Below are positions 1 to 7,711 of a stretch of DNA of 64,000 nucleotides, piece after piece. The stretch covers positions 188 to 64,187 of IMG/VR virus record IMGVR_UViG_3300042367_000066, one strand, 5' to 3'. This stretch comes from a virus (Duplodnaviria; Caudoviricetes). The stretch's first letter is position 1. Each line of letters begins with the position of its first letter. Made by a program: the position numbers and the translations under genes. The notes beneath the pieces are model-generated. The model saw only the letters and a program-made list of their open reading frames with translations, did not search any database and was not told the DNA's origin.

Positions 1-166
1 TCGTAATGTCGCAGTTGTCAAAAACATCATTACATTTTCTAATGTCATATTTTAGTTTTGCAATTGCTTTTTCTCTTGCTTCATCTAAGCTATCCGCTTC
101 AACTTCTCCATAATCAAATGAAGTCCAAATTGTTTGTGTTGAATTACTGTAAGTGTAAAGTGCCAT
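1..166 (-). CDS. Early hypothetical protein, 5' part (runs off window start)
   Basis: ATG at 166 after A-rich leader; MALYTYSNSTQTIWTSFDYGEVEADSLDEAREKAIAKL... open to position 1; not in ORF track. Confidence 0.7.
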   Translation of the reverse strand, partial: MALYTYSNSTQTIWTSFDYGEVEADSLDEAREKAIAKLKYDIRKCNDVFDNCDIT

Positions 167-272
167 AATTTCTGTTTTTTAGTTATTAATTTGTCTACAT
201 CATATTTTCCTTTATAAGCTATCTCAAGGAGGGAACGTGTCAAACCCCTCTGAAGACCGTCATAGTGTTAAC

Positions 273-467
273 CTATCTTCTAAATCCGAATGCATCTCCT
301 AGATCGTTTACATAGTACACTGCATTCGACGTGTAACTTCCATATATAGCGCCTCCCGTTGATAGTGCTACTATTAAGAAGCAGGCTCCCGCATTTTTTC
401 TAGCCTTAACTAGTTTAGTGAAGTTTTCGTTTGTAATCTCATTTGCTTTGTTGATAATTGATGTCAT
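273..467 (-). CDS. Early hypothetical protein (64 aa)
   Basis: Track ORF 273..506 re-started at ATG 467 (MTSIINKANE...), because the longer start lies inside the hammerhead core. Confidence 0.65.
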   Translation of the reverse strand: MTSIINKANEITNENFTKLVKARKNAGACFLIVALSTGGAIYGSYTSNAVYYVNDLGDAFGFRR

Positions 468-480
468 AATAAATAGTATT

Positions 481-534
481 AAACGTTTCGCCATTCTGTG
501 GCTCATCAGTAAGGATACACATCCTTATACGTTT
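481..534 (-). ncRNA. Hammerhead ribozyme, type III
   Basis: RNA: AAACG-UA-UAAGGAU(GUGU)AUCCUUA-CUGAUGA-GCCA(CAGAA)UGGC-GAAA-CGUUU; full core, three perfect stems, GUA cleavage triplet (cut between 528 and 527). Confidence 0.93.
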
Positions 535-711
535 CTAAACCAATTACAAGACTCCCACCTTGCAATCTTTATAACACCTATTCGATGCTGTTTACATTTC
601 GCTCTTCACGGCTCCTAATCCGCTTATAACACCTGTTTGTTCAGTAGAGTGGTTATGGTTACACTTAAACCTCCGTCACTTTTTAAAACTGTGATCTCGT
701 TTTCAACACTG

Positions 712-719
712 CAAACATA
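712..719 (-). promoter_or_regulatory. Bacteroidetes sigma-70 -7 element (early leftward promoter)
   Basis: TATGTTTG on - strand matches TAnnTTTG; upstream of the early gene arm. Confidence 0.7.
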
Positions 720-806
720 CGACAACTATCAATTACAATCCTAATTTTTAACAAATATTTAACATTTGGCTCGGTTTTATTGGGCTCAGAAGGTATAGAA
801 TTTTAA

Positions 807-814
807 CAAACATA
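807..814 (-). promoter_or_regulatory. Second leftward -7 element
   Basis: TATGTTTG on - strand, 95 bp upstream of the first. Confidence 0.5.
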
Positions 815-994
815 CTAAGTTATTGATAACGTGTGAGTTATGAGATTTCTCTATTTTTTAATAATAAGTACACGCGCGTGAGGGGACTTGTTTTATTGCT
901 CGTGTGAGGATCTCTGAACACAAAAACATATAATTTCGTACTGTACGCAAGATTATGCTCTCTCAAGCCAACAAACGTGTTCAAAACGTCGGTG

Positions 995-1322
995 GAATGT
1001 AAGCAAAACCTCGGGAAGTCCCTAGAATGTAAAGGTGGCGTTAAAAATGTAAAGAAATGTAAACTTTTTTTAAACTTTACATCGCGCTAACCCTTGGTAT
1101 CATTGACTTAAGCCTCAAAAATGTAAGAATGTAAACTTTACTCCCTTCTTCACAGCGAAAAAAATATATATATTATAATAATTATCTATAGGCTGTATAT
1201 AGGGTATAAACCCGCATTTCTACATTTTACTACGTAATCGTAGTGATATCAACGGCTCACACGATGTAACGGTTCCAAATACATTACATTTGCTTTACAT
1301 TTCCTTACATTTATTCTACATC
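995..1322. repeat. Origin-like region: ATGTAA iterons (left) and TTACAT/TACAT inverted copies (right) around an AT-rich core
   Basis: aatgtaa at ~997, 1027, 1047, 1056, 1120, 1128; ttacat/tacat cluster at ~1221 and 1284-1321; AT core 1158-1185; non-coding, at the transcription divergence point. Confidence 0.6.
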
Positions 1323-1549
1323 GGAGCGCGTCATCGCCCGTAAACATGGGGCAACGTGGCGGGAATACCACCTAGTTGACGTGTGGTCTGGAGAGGTACC
1401 CACCTGGCACCCCAGGAAAAGCCTAGAAATCTGGAGGGAAATCTTGCTTTTGGTACCCCAGGGGTCTAAAAAGAATCGGTTTCCATTTTGGACGGCTCAC
1501 GCAAACTCAATATATAACCCAACACCTAAAAATTTATAATATTTTTTTA

Positions 1550-1557
1550 TATCTTTG
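1550..1557 (+). promoter_or_regulatory. -7 promoter element
   Basis: TATCTTTG, 4 nt before ATG at 1562. Confidence 0.7.
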
Positions 1558-1561
1558 TACC

Positions 1562-1699
1562 ATGGAAATAGAAATTCAAAACAGATTTAACATCGGTCCA
1601 TCTATAGGATGGGGATTCTATCCGATAGACGAAGATTATGACGACAACGAGTTGATCATTTATTTAACATTTATAAGTATACATTTCAGATGGGTATAA
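1562..1699 (+). CDS. Small hypothetical protein (45 aa), probably leaderless
   Basis: MEIEIQNRFNIGPSIGWGFYPIDEDYDDNELIIYLTFISIHFRWV; below ORF-track cutoff; overlaps next start. Confidence 0.6.
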   Translation: MEIEIQNRFNIGPSIGWGFYPIDEDYDDNELIIYLTFISIHFRWV

Positions 1700-1872
1700 A
1701 CAAGAAGATGCCAGTTCAAGAGATTGGCTTGTACAGGATGGCAAAAGAGAAAAAGGCCATGCACGAGAGAAAAGAGATTGTAGAGGAGTCTATGATGATG
1801 GCTAGCGCCATGGCAATGTCAAAGGAGATGAAGGCTCCTATGCACAACATCATAATGAAGAAGAAGAAGTAA
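1690..1872 (+). CDS. Small Met/Lys-rich hypothetical protein
   Basis: ORF in operon context, followed by terminator. Confidence 0.6.
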   Translation: MGINKKMPVQEIGLYRMAKEKKAMHERKEIVEESMMMASAMAMSKEMKAPMHNIIMKKKK

Positions 1873-1904
1873 GTTCACCTCTCATTCGAGTGGAAGAAAT
1901 CATT

Positions 1905-1937
1905 AAACGCATAGCTTAAATGTTATGCGTTTTTTTT
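1905..1937 (+). terminator. Intrinsic terminator
   Basis: AAACGCATAGC-TTAAAT-GTTATGCGTTT then T-run. Confidence 0.8.
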
Positions 1938-1938
1938 G

Positions 1939-1946
1939 TATATTTG
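1939..1946 (+). promoter_or_regulatory. -7 promoter element for sponge/chaperonin operon
   Basis: TATATTTG directly after the terminator, 25 nt before ATG 1972. Confidence 0.7.
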
Positions 1947-1971
1947 TCGCATATAATTTAAATTAAATAAA

Positions 1972-2199
1972 ATGGAATTAACATTCGGTGAAAAACTAGT
2001 TGGACTAACATTCAACCCATCAGGAGATGAAAAAGTACAAAGAGCAAAGGAGCTATGTGCTGAACTAGCAGATTTATTAAATCAAAATGCAGATCCAAAT
2101 CCTGAAAGACCTTTGTGTAGATTATTATTTGACAAAGCCATTGGAGACATTCTAGATGCACAGATGAATGTAGTTAAAGTATTAACTTTTAATTACTAA
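1972..2199 (+). CDS. Probable Acb2/Tad1-family helical-hairpin protein (cyclic-nucleotide sponge)
   Basis: 75 aa; TFGEK.VGLTFNPSGD..V...K...A.L.D...A...I..AQM.VVK..T pattern recalled for this family. Confidence 0.55.
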   Translation: MELTFGEKLVGLTFNPSGDEKVQRAKELCAELADLLNQNADPNPERPLCRLLFDKAIGDILDAQMNVVKVLTFNY

Positions 2200-2201
2200 T
2201 C

Positions 2202-3809
2202 ATGGAAGAATTTGGATACAGTCCCAAGGAACTACTGTTCGACGAGGAAGGAAGAGCAAAACTAATTACAGGCATAACTACAATTGCCAAGGCGGTTAAG
2301 AGCACGCTAGGACCAAGGGGTCGTACGGTTCTGATCGAGTCACCGAACCATACACATGGTATCACAGTTACAAAGGATGGGGTAACGGTTGCTAAGTCAA
2401 TCTTCTTGCTAGACCCAGTGGAGAACCTAGCCGTCAAGATGATGAAGGAGGCAGCAGATAGGACAGCCACCAGTGCTGGAGATGGAACCACAACAGCCAT
2501 CGTGCTTACGGAGGCAATCGTGAGACAGGGTCAGGAGCTCTTGAACGAAAAACACAACGTGACCGAGGTGATCAAGAACATCAACAGCGTTTCAAACGGT
2601 ATCATCCACAGCCTTGAGAGATCATCCAAGAAGGTGAGTGGAAAGACGCTGCACAACGTGGCATCTATCTCGGCCAACAACGACAACGAGATCGGTAAGA
2701 TCATATCAAACGCATACACGAAGGTTGGTAAGAATGGGATCGTAACGATCGAGAACTCACAGACTGCTGAGACCTACTCAGAGTTCACGAATGGGATCAA
2801 GATCGGAAGGGGTTACACCTCGAACATGTTCGTGAACGACTTCAAGAACGACGAGTGCATCATGGACGATGTGTTGGTGCTGGTTACAGACCAGGAGATA
2901 TCCAACATCCTGTCGATAGAGGGGGTTCTAAAGACGGTGATACAGGAGAACAAGAAGCTGCTCATCATAGGACCATGCAACCAGAACGTGATCAACACGC
3001 TGGCAGTCAACGTGGTGAAGAACAAGCTGAAGTTCTGTAACATTGCACCACCAGAGTTCGGTTACAAGATGAACGAGCTGATGAGCGACATCGCGCTGTC
3101 TTTGGGTGCGAAGTACTTCTCGGAGAGCACAGGAGACGACCTAAGTCTGATATCAATAGAGGATTTAGGTAGGGCAGAGAGGATCATAATAGGAAGGGAT
3201 ACTTCGTCCATCATCAAGCCAGAGAGCAAGCAGCAGGACGTAGACGACAGAGTCAGTCAGCTGTGGGTAGCTCACGAGGCTGCACAGAAGAAGCAGGACA
3301 AGGAGTTCATCAAGAGTAGGATTGCCAGCCTTACAGGTAGCATCGCTGTTATATACGTGGGAGGTAACTCTGATTTGGAGCAGAAGGAGAGAAAGGACAG
3401 GGTAGACGACGCGGTATGCGCGGTAAGGTCTGCACTAGAGGAGGGGATCCTTCCAGGAGGAGGCTTAGCCTTGTTCAACGAGTCCTACAGAATCATTGTA
3501 GACGCAGATGACATGATAGAGGACATCAGTGCGGAGCAGTACGTAGCTATGCAGATCATGGCAAGGGCTATACAGGCACCGTTGTTGCAGATCCACGAGA
3601 ACGCAGGTAACGATGGGTACGAGATCATGACTGGATGTGCATCAAACACGAACACTGGGTACGACGTTAAGAACGACGTGTACGGTAACATGTACGATAT
3701 GGGGATCATAGACCCACTGAAGGTTACGAAGAACGCGCTTAAGAACGCTGTCAGTGTGGCCACAACAATACTTAGTACTAACGCAATTATAACAATGACA
3801 CGAGCATAA
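2202..3809 (+). CDS. groEL: Phage chaperonin GroEL (Cpn60)
   Basis: STLGPRGR, VTKDGVTVAK, AGDGTTTA, EEGILPGGG, GIIDPLKV motifs; lacks C-terminal GGM tail. Confidence 0.97.
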   Translation: MEEFGYSPKELLFDEEGRAKLITGITTIAKAVKSTLGPRGRTVLIESPNHTHGITVTKDGVTVAKSIFLLDPVENLAVKMMKEAADRTATSAGDGTTTAIVLTEAIVRQGQELLNEKHNVTEVIKNINSVSNGIIHSLERSSKKVSGKTLHNVASISANNDNEIGKIISNAYTKVGKNGIVTIENSQTAETYSEFTNGIKIGRGYTSNMFVNDFKNDECIMDDVLVLVTDQEISNILSIEGVLKTVIQENKKLLIIGPCNQNVINTLAVNVVKNKLKFCNIAPPEFGYKMNELMSDIALSLGAKYFSESTGDDLSLISIEDLGRAERIIIGRDTSSIIKPESKQQDVDDRVSQLWVAHEAAQKKQDKEFIKSRIASLTGSIAVIYVGGNSDLEQKERKDRVDDAVCAVRSALEEGILPGGGLALFNESYRIIVDADDMIEDISAEQYVAMQIMARAIQAPLLQIHENAGNDGYEIMTGCASNTNTGYDVKNDVYGNMYDMGIIDPLKVTKNALKNAVSVATTILSTNAIITMTRA

Positions 3810-4051
3810 TGGGATTATATAGAAAAAAACCAGTAGTAATTGAAGCAATTCAATGGGATGGAAATACTGAACCAATGTTAGATTTTTGCAAAAGCGCTGA
3901 ATTTATAGATGGGGAGCTATACATTCAAACCTTAGAAGGTAATATGAAAGCATCAATAGGTGACTTTATAATAAAAGGAGTACAAGGAGAGTTTTACGCT
4001 TGCAAACCAGATATTTTTAACTTAACATACGAAAAAGAATTATGGAAGTAA
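3809..4051 (+). CDS. Conserved phage protein (RKKPVVIEA...TLEG...GEFY.CKPDIF family)
   Basis: Widespread phage motif pattern; function unknown. Confidence 0.75.
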   Translation: MGLYRKKPVVIEAIQWDGNTEPMLDFCKSAEFIDGELYIQTLEGNMKASIGDFIIKGVQGEFYACKPDIFNLTYEKELWK

Positions 4052-4338
4052 CAACAATCACCAACGGATCATCGCTTTATAGCGGAATAGGAACAACAAC
4101 AGGTACAACATCAGGGTTGTATATAACACCAGAAAACAAAATGAAGCAAGTAAAGGTTGCAATATTCAACGTAACAAGAGATGAGAATTACGATATAATA
4201 GACTCTACATTTGACCAAGAGGTATGGGTTTGTCAGAAGAAAGGGGTATCGCTAGAGGTCGCCACAATGAAGCAGCTAGGGTACGTAATAGATCCAGACA
4301 AGCAAGTCATAAGAGAGTTCTTATCAATAACAATATAG
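4042..4338 (+). CDS. Hypothetical protein
   Basis: ORF overlapping neighbours in operon. Confidence 0.6.
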   Translation: MEVTTITNGSSLYSGIGTTTGTTSGLYITPENKMKQVKVAIFNVTRDENYDIIDSTFDQEVWVCQKKGVSLEVATMKQLGYVIDPDKQVIREFLSITI

Positions 4339-4339
4339 T

Positions 4340-4597
4340 ATGCAGCCAATCAATAAATACTTAGTAATCAACACAATAGAGGAGCAGATGAGGACCCAGT
4401 CGGGTCTGCTGCTCACTGGAAACGAGACAGAACAGTTCAGGTACAAGAAGGGAGAGGTTGTGAAGCCTGGAACTAACGTGGACTGCGTGAAGGAGGGAGA
4501 TATAATATACTACGACAAGAACGCTGGTTACACGATGCTGGTAAACGACATCAAGTACACAGTGATCATGGAGAGAGACATCGTGGTTGTCCTCTAG
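4340..4597 (+). CDS. groES: Co-chaperonin GroES (Cpn10)
   Basis: MQPINKYLVI, mobile loop RTQSGLLL, GEVVKPG, VKEGDII, ERDIVVVL. Confidence 0.9.
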   Translation: MQPINKYLVINTIEEQMRTQSGLLLTGNETEQFRYKKGEVVKPGTNVDCVKEGDIIYYDKNAGYTMLVNDIKYTVIMERDIVVVL

Positions 4598-5058
4598 ATC
4601 TTCTGATCCTCTATATCCTTGAGCCTCTTGAGTTCCTTACGCGTACGATTCATCTTACGAATAATGGGCCTGGAGGCTCTCTCGGTATAGGAGGCGTCGG
4701 TCCTGAACATCGGGTTAGAGACTGGGTTCTCTGAGACGTGAACCTTGAGCTCTATCTTCTCGTATATGTCTGTTATAACCCTGCGAGTCTTGTAGGAGGC
4801 CTCGTACAGGGCAGCCTCACCGTTCTTGTTCGGTCTCCAGAGCGTGATCCACCCGTCGGCTATCATTCGCTTGAATCGGTCCTTCTCCCAGGTTAGTCCA
4901 GACTCGAACTCCCAGAACTGTCTGTGACGGAAGTACCCCTCGCTGTAGACGAAAAGGAGGATATCGATGTCGGAGCTGCTTAGGTTGTACTTGTGACGAA
5001 TGAGCGTCTTTATTGCCCTCCAGTACTTGAGGTAGTCTGCGTATGGCTTGTATTTCAT
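4594..5058 (-). CDS. Winged-helix (MarR-like) DNA-binding protein, possible regulator
   Basis: KYNLSSSDIDILLFVY...RFKRMIADGWIT...LYEAS pattern; only - strand gene in the + arm; has its own promoter. Confidence 0.55.
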   Translation of the reverse strand: MKYKPYADYLKYWRAIKTLIRHKYNLSSSDIDILLFVYSEGYFRHRQFWEFESGLTWEKDRFKRMIADGWITLWRPNKNGEAALYEASYKTRRVITDIYEKIELKVHVSENPVSNPMFRTDASYTERASRPIIRKMNRTRKELKRLKDIEDQKI

Positions 5059-5072
5059 TTGATTTATTATTA

Positions 5073-5090
5073 TTATCTTTGCAAAGATAA
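5073..5090. promoter_or_regulatory. Perfect 18-bp palindrome forming two overlapping divergent -7 promoters
   Basis: TTATCTTTG|CAAAGATAA: TATCTTTG on + (5074-5081) and on - (5082-5089). Confidence 0.75.
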
Positions 5091-5097
5091 AACATTT

Positions 5098-5373
5098 ATG
5101 ATGGCAAAAACAGCGGCTTGGACCAGAAAAGAAGGAAAGTCAGCATCGGGTGGGCTTAACGAGAAGGGCGTGGCCTCATACAGGAAGGAGAACCCAGGAA
5201 GTAAGTTGAAGATGGCAGTAACAAAGAAGCCATCGGAGTTGAAGGCTGGTAGCAAGGATGCCATGAGACGCAAGTCATTCTGTGCACGAATGTCAGGGAT
5301 GCCAGGACCGATGAAGAAATCAAACGGAGAGCCAACAAGAAAGAAACTAGCTTTAGACAAATGGAACTGTTAA
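5098..5373 (+). CDS. Small basic conserved phage protein (DUF6321-like), copy 1
   Basis: AWTRKEGK..GGLN.KG.ASY...RRKSFCARMSG...KW.C; start moved to ATG downstream of promoter. Confidence 0.75.
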   Translation: MMAKTAAWTRKEGKSASGGLNEKGVASYRKENPGSKLKMAVTKKPSELKAGSKDAMRRKSFCARMSGMPGPMKKSNGEPTRKKLALDKWNC

Positions 5374-5564
5374 AGAGAAAAGACGGGAGCACCTCCAAGA
5401 GAGGACTATGGGACAACATCAGAGCAAACGAAGGATCTGGAAAGAAGCCTACAAAGGCTATGTTAGAGCAAGAGAAGAAGATCAAGAAGAAAGCAAGTCA
5501 GTACGAGTCAGCGAAGTCGTTGAACGGAAAGATGTCATACCTAAAAGGAAACGTAAAAAAATAG
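5361..5564 (+). CDS. Small basic phage protein (GLWDNI type)
   Basis: [10 protein letters not shown] motif; Lys-rich; overlapping operon. Confidence 0.65.
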   Translation: MELLKRKDGSTSKRGLWDNIRANEGSGKKPTKAMLEQEKKIKKKASQYESAKSLNGKMSYLKGNVKK

Positions 5565-5568
5565 AGTC

Positions 5569-5706
5569 ATGCCATTGAAAAAGGGAAGTAGTCAGAAGGT
5601 AATATCAGCAAATATAAAGATGGAGTTGAAAAAAAATCCATCGATGAGTCAAAAACAAGCAATAGCAATCGCCTTATCTAAGGCAGGTAAAACAAAGAAA
5701 AAATGA
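5569..5706 (+). CDS. Small basic phage protein (45 aa, KQAIAIALS type)
   Basis: [16 protein letters not shown]...[13 protein letters not shown]; below track cutoff. Confidence 0.7.
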   Translation: MPLKKGSSQKVISANIKMELKKNPSMSQKQAIAIALSKAGKTKKK

Positions 5707-5816
5707 AAAAAGTATCAGCAAAGTGTTCGTCTAAGATGACTAAAAAAGAAGTGAAACCAGTTCAGAAAAAAGAGAAGTTTGACTTCATGAAGATGATCGC
5801 GAACAAGAAGAAGTAA
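5703..5816 (+). CDS. Small basic protein (37 aa)
   Basis: ATGA and TAATG overlaps with both neighbours. Confidence 0.55.
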   Translation: MKKVSAKCSSKMTKKEVKPVQKKEKFDFMKMIANKKK

Positions 5817-6091
5817 TGCCAGGAAGGACAGCCAAATACTACGCAGCTAACCCAGAGGCTAAGAAGAAACACAACGACTACCAGAAGGAGTACAACAAGT
5901 CCCCTGATCAGGTAAAGAAGCGTGTCGAACTTAACGCTATTAACAGAAAACGTGGCACGTACGGTAACCAAGACGGACTAGATGCTAGCCACACAAAGAG
6001 TGGTGTAGTTATGAAGAGCGCGTCATCAAATCGCGGATCTAAATGTGCTATGCCTGGAGACAAGAGAGCAAGAGGAACTAAAAACAAATAA
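5816..6091 (+). CDS. Basic protein with degenerate HNH-like motif
   Basis: KKR..LN..NRK..G..DG.D.SH...S.NR resembles small podophage HNH-like proteins. Confidence 0.55.
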   Translation: MPGRTAKYYAANPEAKKKHNDYQKEYNKSPDQVKKRVELNAINRKRGTYGNQDGLDASHTKSGVVMKSASSNRGSKCAMPGDKRARGTKNK

Positions 6092-6093
6092 AA

Positions 6094-6576
6094 ATGGCAT
6101 ACAAGAGAATAGACCCTACATTTAACAAGGATCCAGAAATTAAGAAGACTACTATTCAGAATCCAGATGGTACAACAACGTATAGAGACACATGGTCTTC
6201 AAAAAAACCAGCCAGGTCGTCATCGTTTAAATCACCTGAAGCAAAACAAGGGGCAAAAACAAGTTACGTAGCTAAGAAGTCTACTCCTGCACAGACTACA
6301 TCTGGATCTAGAGAGATAACATCAATACCGTCACTAAAGCCAGTTGGTACAATGTCTAAAGAGATAACTGCTCCTGTAGATATTAAAGTTCCAGTAAAGA
6401 CTGCTACAAGAAAGGAAAGGTTTGAGAGCGATAAGTCAACTTGGCAGAAGGATCACCCTGGAAAGGTCTGGGAGGATAGATATAAAGACACTGAGACATC
6501 TAAAACTGAAAGAGAGTGGAAGGGTGGAGGAATTTTTAAAGAAAAAAAAGCAGTAAAACTTTGTAAAACTTGTTAA
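6094..6576 (+). CDS. Basic low-complexity hypothetical protein
   Basis: 160 aa Lys/Thr/Ser-rich ORF. Confidence 0.65.
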   Translation: MAYKRIDPTFNKDPEIKKTTIQNPDGTTTYRDTWSSKKPARSSSFKSPEAKQGAKTSYVAKKSTPAQTTSGSREITSIPSLKPVGTMSKEITAPVDIKVPVKTATRKERFESDKSTWQKDHPGKVWEDRYKDTETSKTEREWKGGGIFKEKKAVKLCKTC

Positions 6577-6577
6577 T

Positions 6578-6736
6578 ATGCTACTAGGAGATAGAATAGA
6601 ACAGATAACAACAGCAACTGGAGTTAAGAAGGTTGTAGAGAAGGTTGCCAAGGCAGCAAACAAGGACTGTGGATGCGCAAAGAGAAAAGAGGCGCTAAAC
6701 AATCCAGATCTATTAATTAATAAAATATTAAAGTAA
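6578..6736 (+). CDS. Small conserved phage protein (52 aa, DCGC.KRKE.LN)
   Basis: LGDRIEQITTATGVKKVV...DCGCAKRKEALN; below track cutoff. Confidence 0.7.
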   Translation: MLLGDRIEQITTATGVKKVVEKVAKAANKDCGCAKRKEALNNPDLLINKILK

Positions 6737-7002
6737 TGGCATATCAAAAATTACAGCAGACCAGAGCAAAGGCGGTAGTAAAGTCTGACACAGTAGACAT
6801 AACAACCCCAAGCTCAGAAGACGGACTATCAGTAGAACCTTGTGTACTTTACACAGGATCAGGAGGTACGATTCGTGTGCTTACAGCAGGAGGAGACGAC
6901 GTGACGTTGGCATCAGTTCCAGCAGGAGTTGTTCTACCAATACAGATAGTTCGAGTATTCTCATCAACAACAAACGCGACTGGTATGGTTGCCCTTTGGT
7001 AA
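6736..7002 (+). CDS. Head spike/fibre base protein (RcGTA Rcc01079-like)
   Basis: SDTVDI...LYTGSGG.IRV...G.DVTL..VPAG.VLPI.IVRV...T.ATG.VAL. Confidence 0.65.
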   Translation: MAYQKLQQTRAKAVVKSDTVDITTPSSEDGLSVEPCVLYTGSGGTIRVLTAGGDDVTLASVPAGVVLPIQIVRVFSSTTNATGMVALW

Positions 7003-7003
7003 G

Positions 7004-7186
7004 ATGAGCAGGGAGCAGATAGACGTAATACTGAACAAGTTTATAAGCAGAAAGCTACTAGTTTTTGCAATAGCTTGTATGGCACTATTCGCAGGTGACC
7101 TAACGTCTCAGGACTGGGTTGTTATAGCAACTGCCTATATTAGTATTCAAGGATTTACGGACATAGTAAAATCACTGAAGAGCTAA
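7004..7186 (+). CDS. Holin-like membrane protein
   Basis: FISRKLLV plus two hydrophobic segments, upstream of putative lysin. Confidence 0.6.
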   Translation: MSREQIDVILNKFISRKLLVFAIACMALFAGDLTSQDWVVIATAYISIQGFTDIVKSLKS

Positions 7187-7380
7187 TGGAATCAACTAGG
7201 CTATACATAATAAACTCGTTAACATTCTTTATTACGTTTACAAACATTGAGAATACACTGAAGATACTGTTGCTGTTATTATCTATTATATACACTGCGG
7301 TTAAAATTTACGAAATATTTAAGAGAAATGAAGATAGAAGTAAAGAGATTACACAGGACAGAGAACTCGACGATAGGTGA
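7186..7380 (+). CDS. Holin/antiholin-like membrane protein
   Basis: TM segment LKILLLLLSIIYTAVKIY, charged C-terminus. Confidence 0.55.
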   Translation: MESTRLYIINSLTFFITFTNIENTLKILLLLLSIIYTAVKIYEIFKRNEDRSKEITQDRELDDR

Positions 7381-7711
7381 GCTAACCATTGACGGAAAGT
7401 TTGAGTGCTACACCTTAGAGGATAAGGAGAGAGATGTAAAGATAAAGAGAGAGACAGCAATACCTAAGGGTACGTACAAGGTTATAATCAACCAGTCAAA
7501 CAGGTTCAAGAAGCTGCTACCATTATTAATAAACGTTCCTAACTTCGAAGGAATTCGTATACACCCTGGTAACTCGAATCACGACACAGAGGGTTGCATA
7601 CTTGTTGGAATGAATAGATCAGTTGACTACATCACAAAGTCAAGGAAGGCTTTCGACTCTTTGTTTAAAAAGATGCAAGGCGCTAAGAATATAACCATAA
7701 CCATATCATGA
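7328..7711 (+). CDS. DUF5675-family protein, probable endolysin
   Basis: STIGEL.IDGKFECYTLED, ETAIPKGTY, VPNFEGIRIHPGN...DTEGCILVG; between holins and spanin. Confidence 0.8.
   Translation: MKIEVKRLHRTENSTIGELTIDGKFECYTLEDKERDVKIKRETAIPKGTYKVIINQSNRFKKLLPLLINVPNFEGIRIHPGNSNHDTEGCILVGMNRSVDYITKSRKAFDSLFKKMQGAKNITITIS

Noticed and set aside
200-275. Twister or hammerhead assignment (UAACAC start; CTGAAGA on + strand)
   Set aside because: No partner for the twister P2/pseudoknots and no GAAA/stem II after CTGAAGA; kept only as an unidentified structure
273-506. Track starts at 506, 63398, 4993, 54516 and 60329
   Set aside because: These extensions run through ribozymes, promoters, structured RNA or other genes; downstream ATGs with A-rich leaders are more plausible
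569-634. Integron attC-like sites (TTATAAC)
   Set aside because: Both copies are in the same orientation with no inverted partner, and no integrase is present
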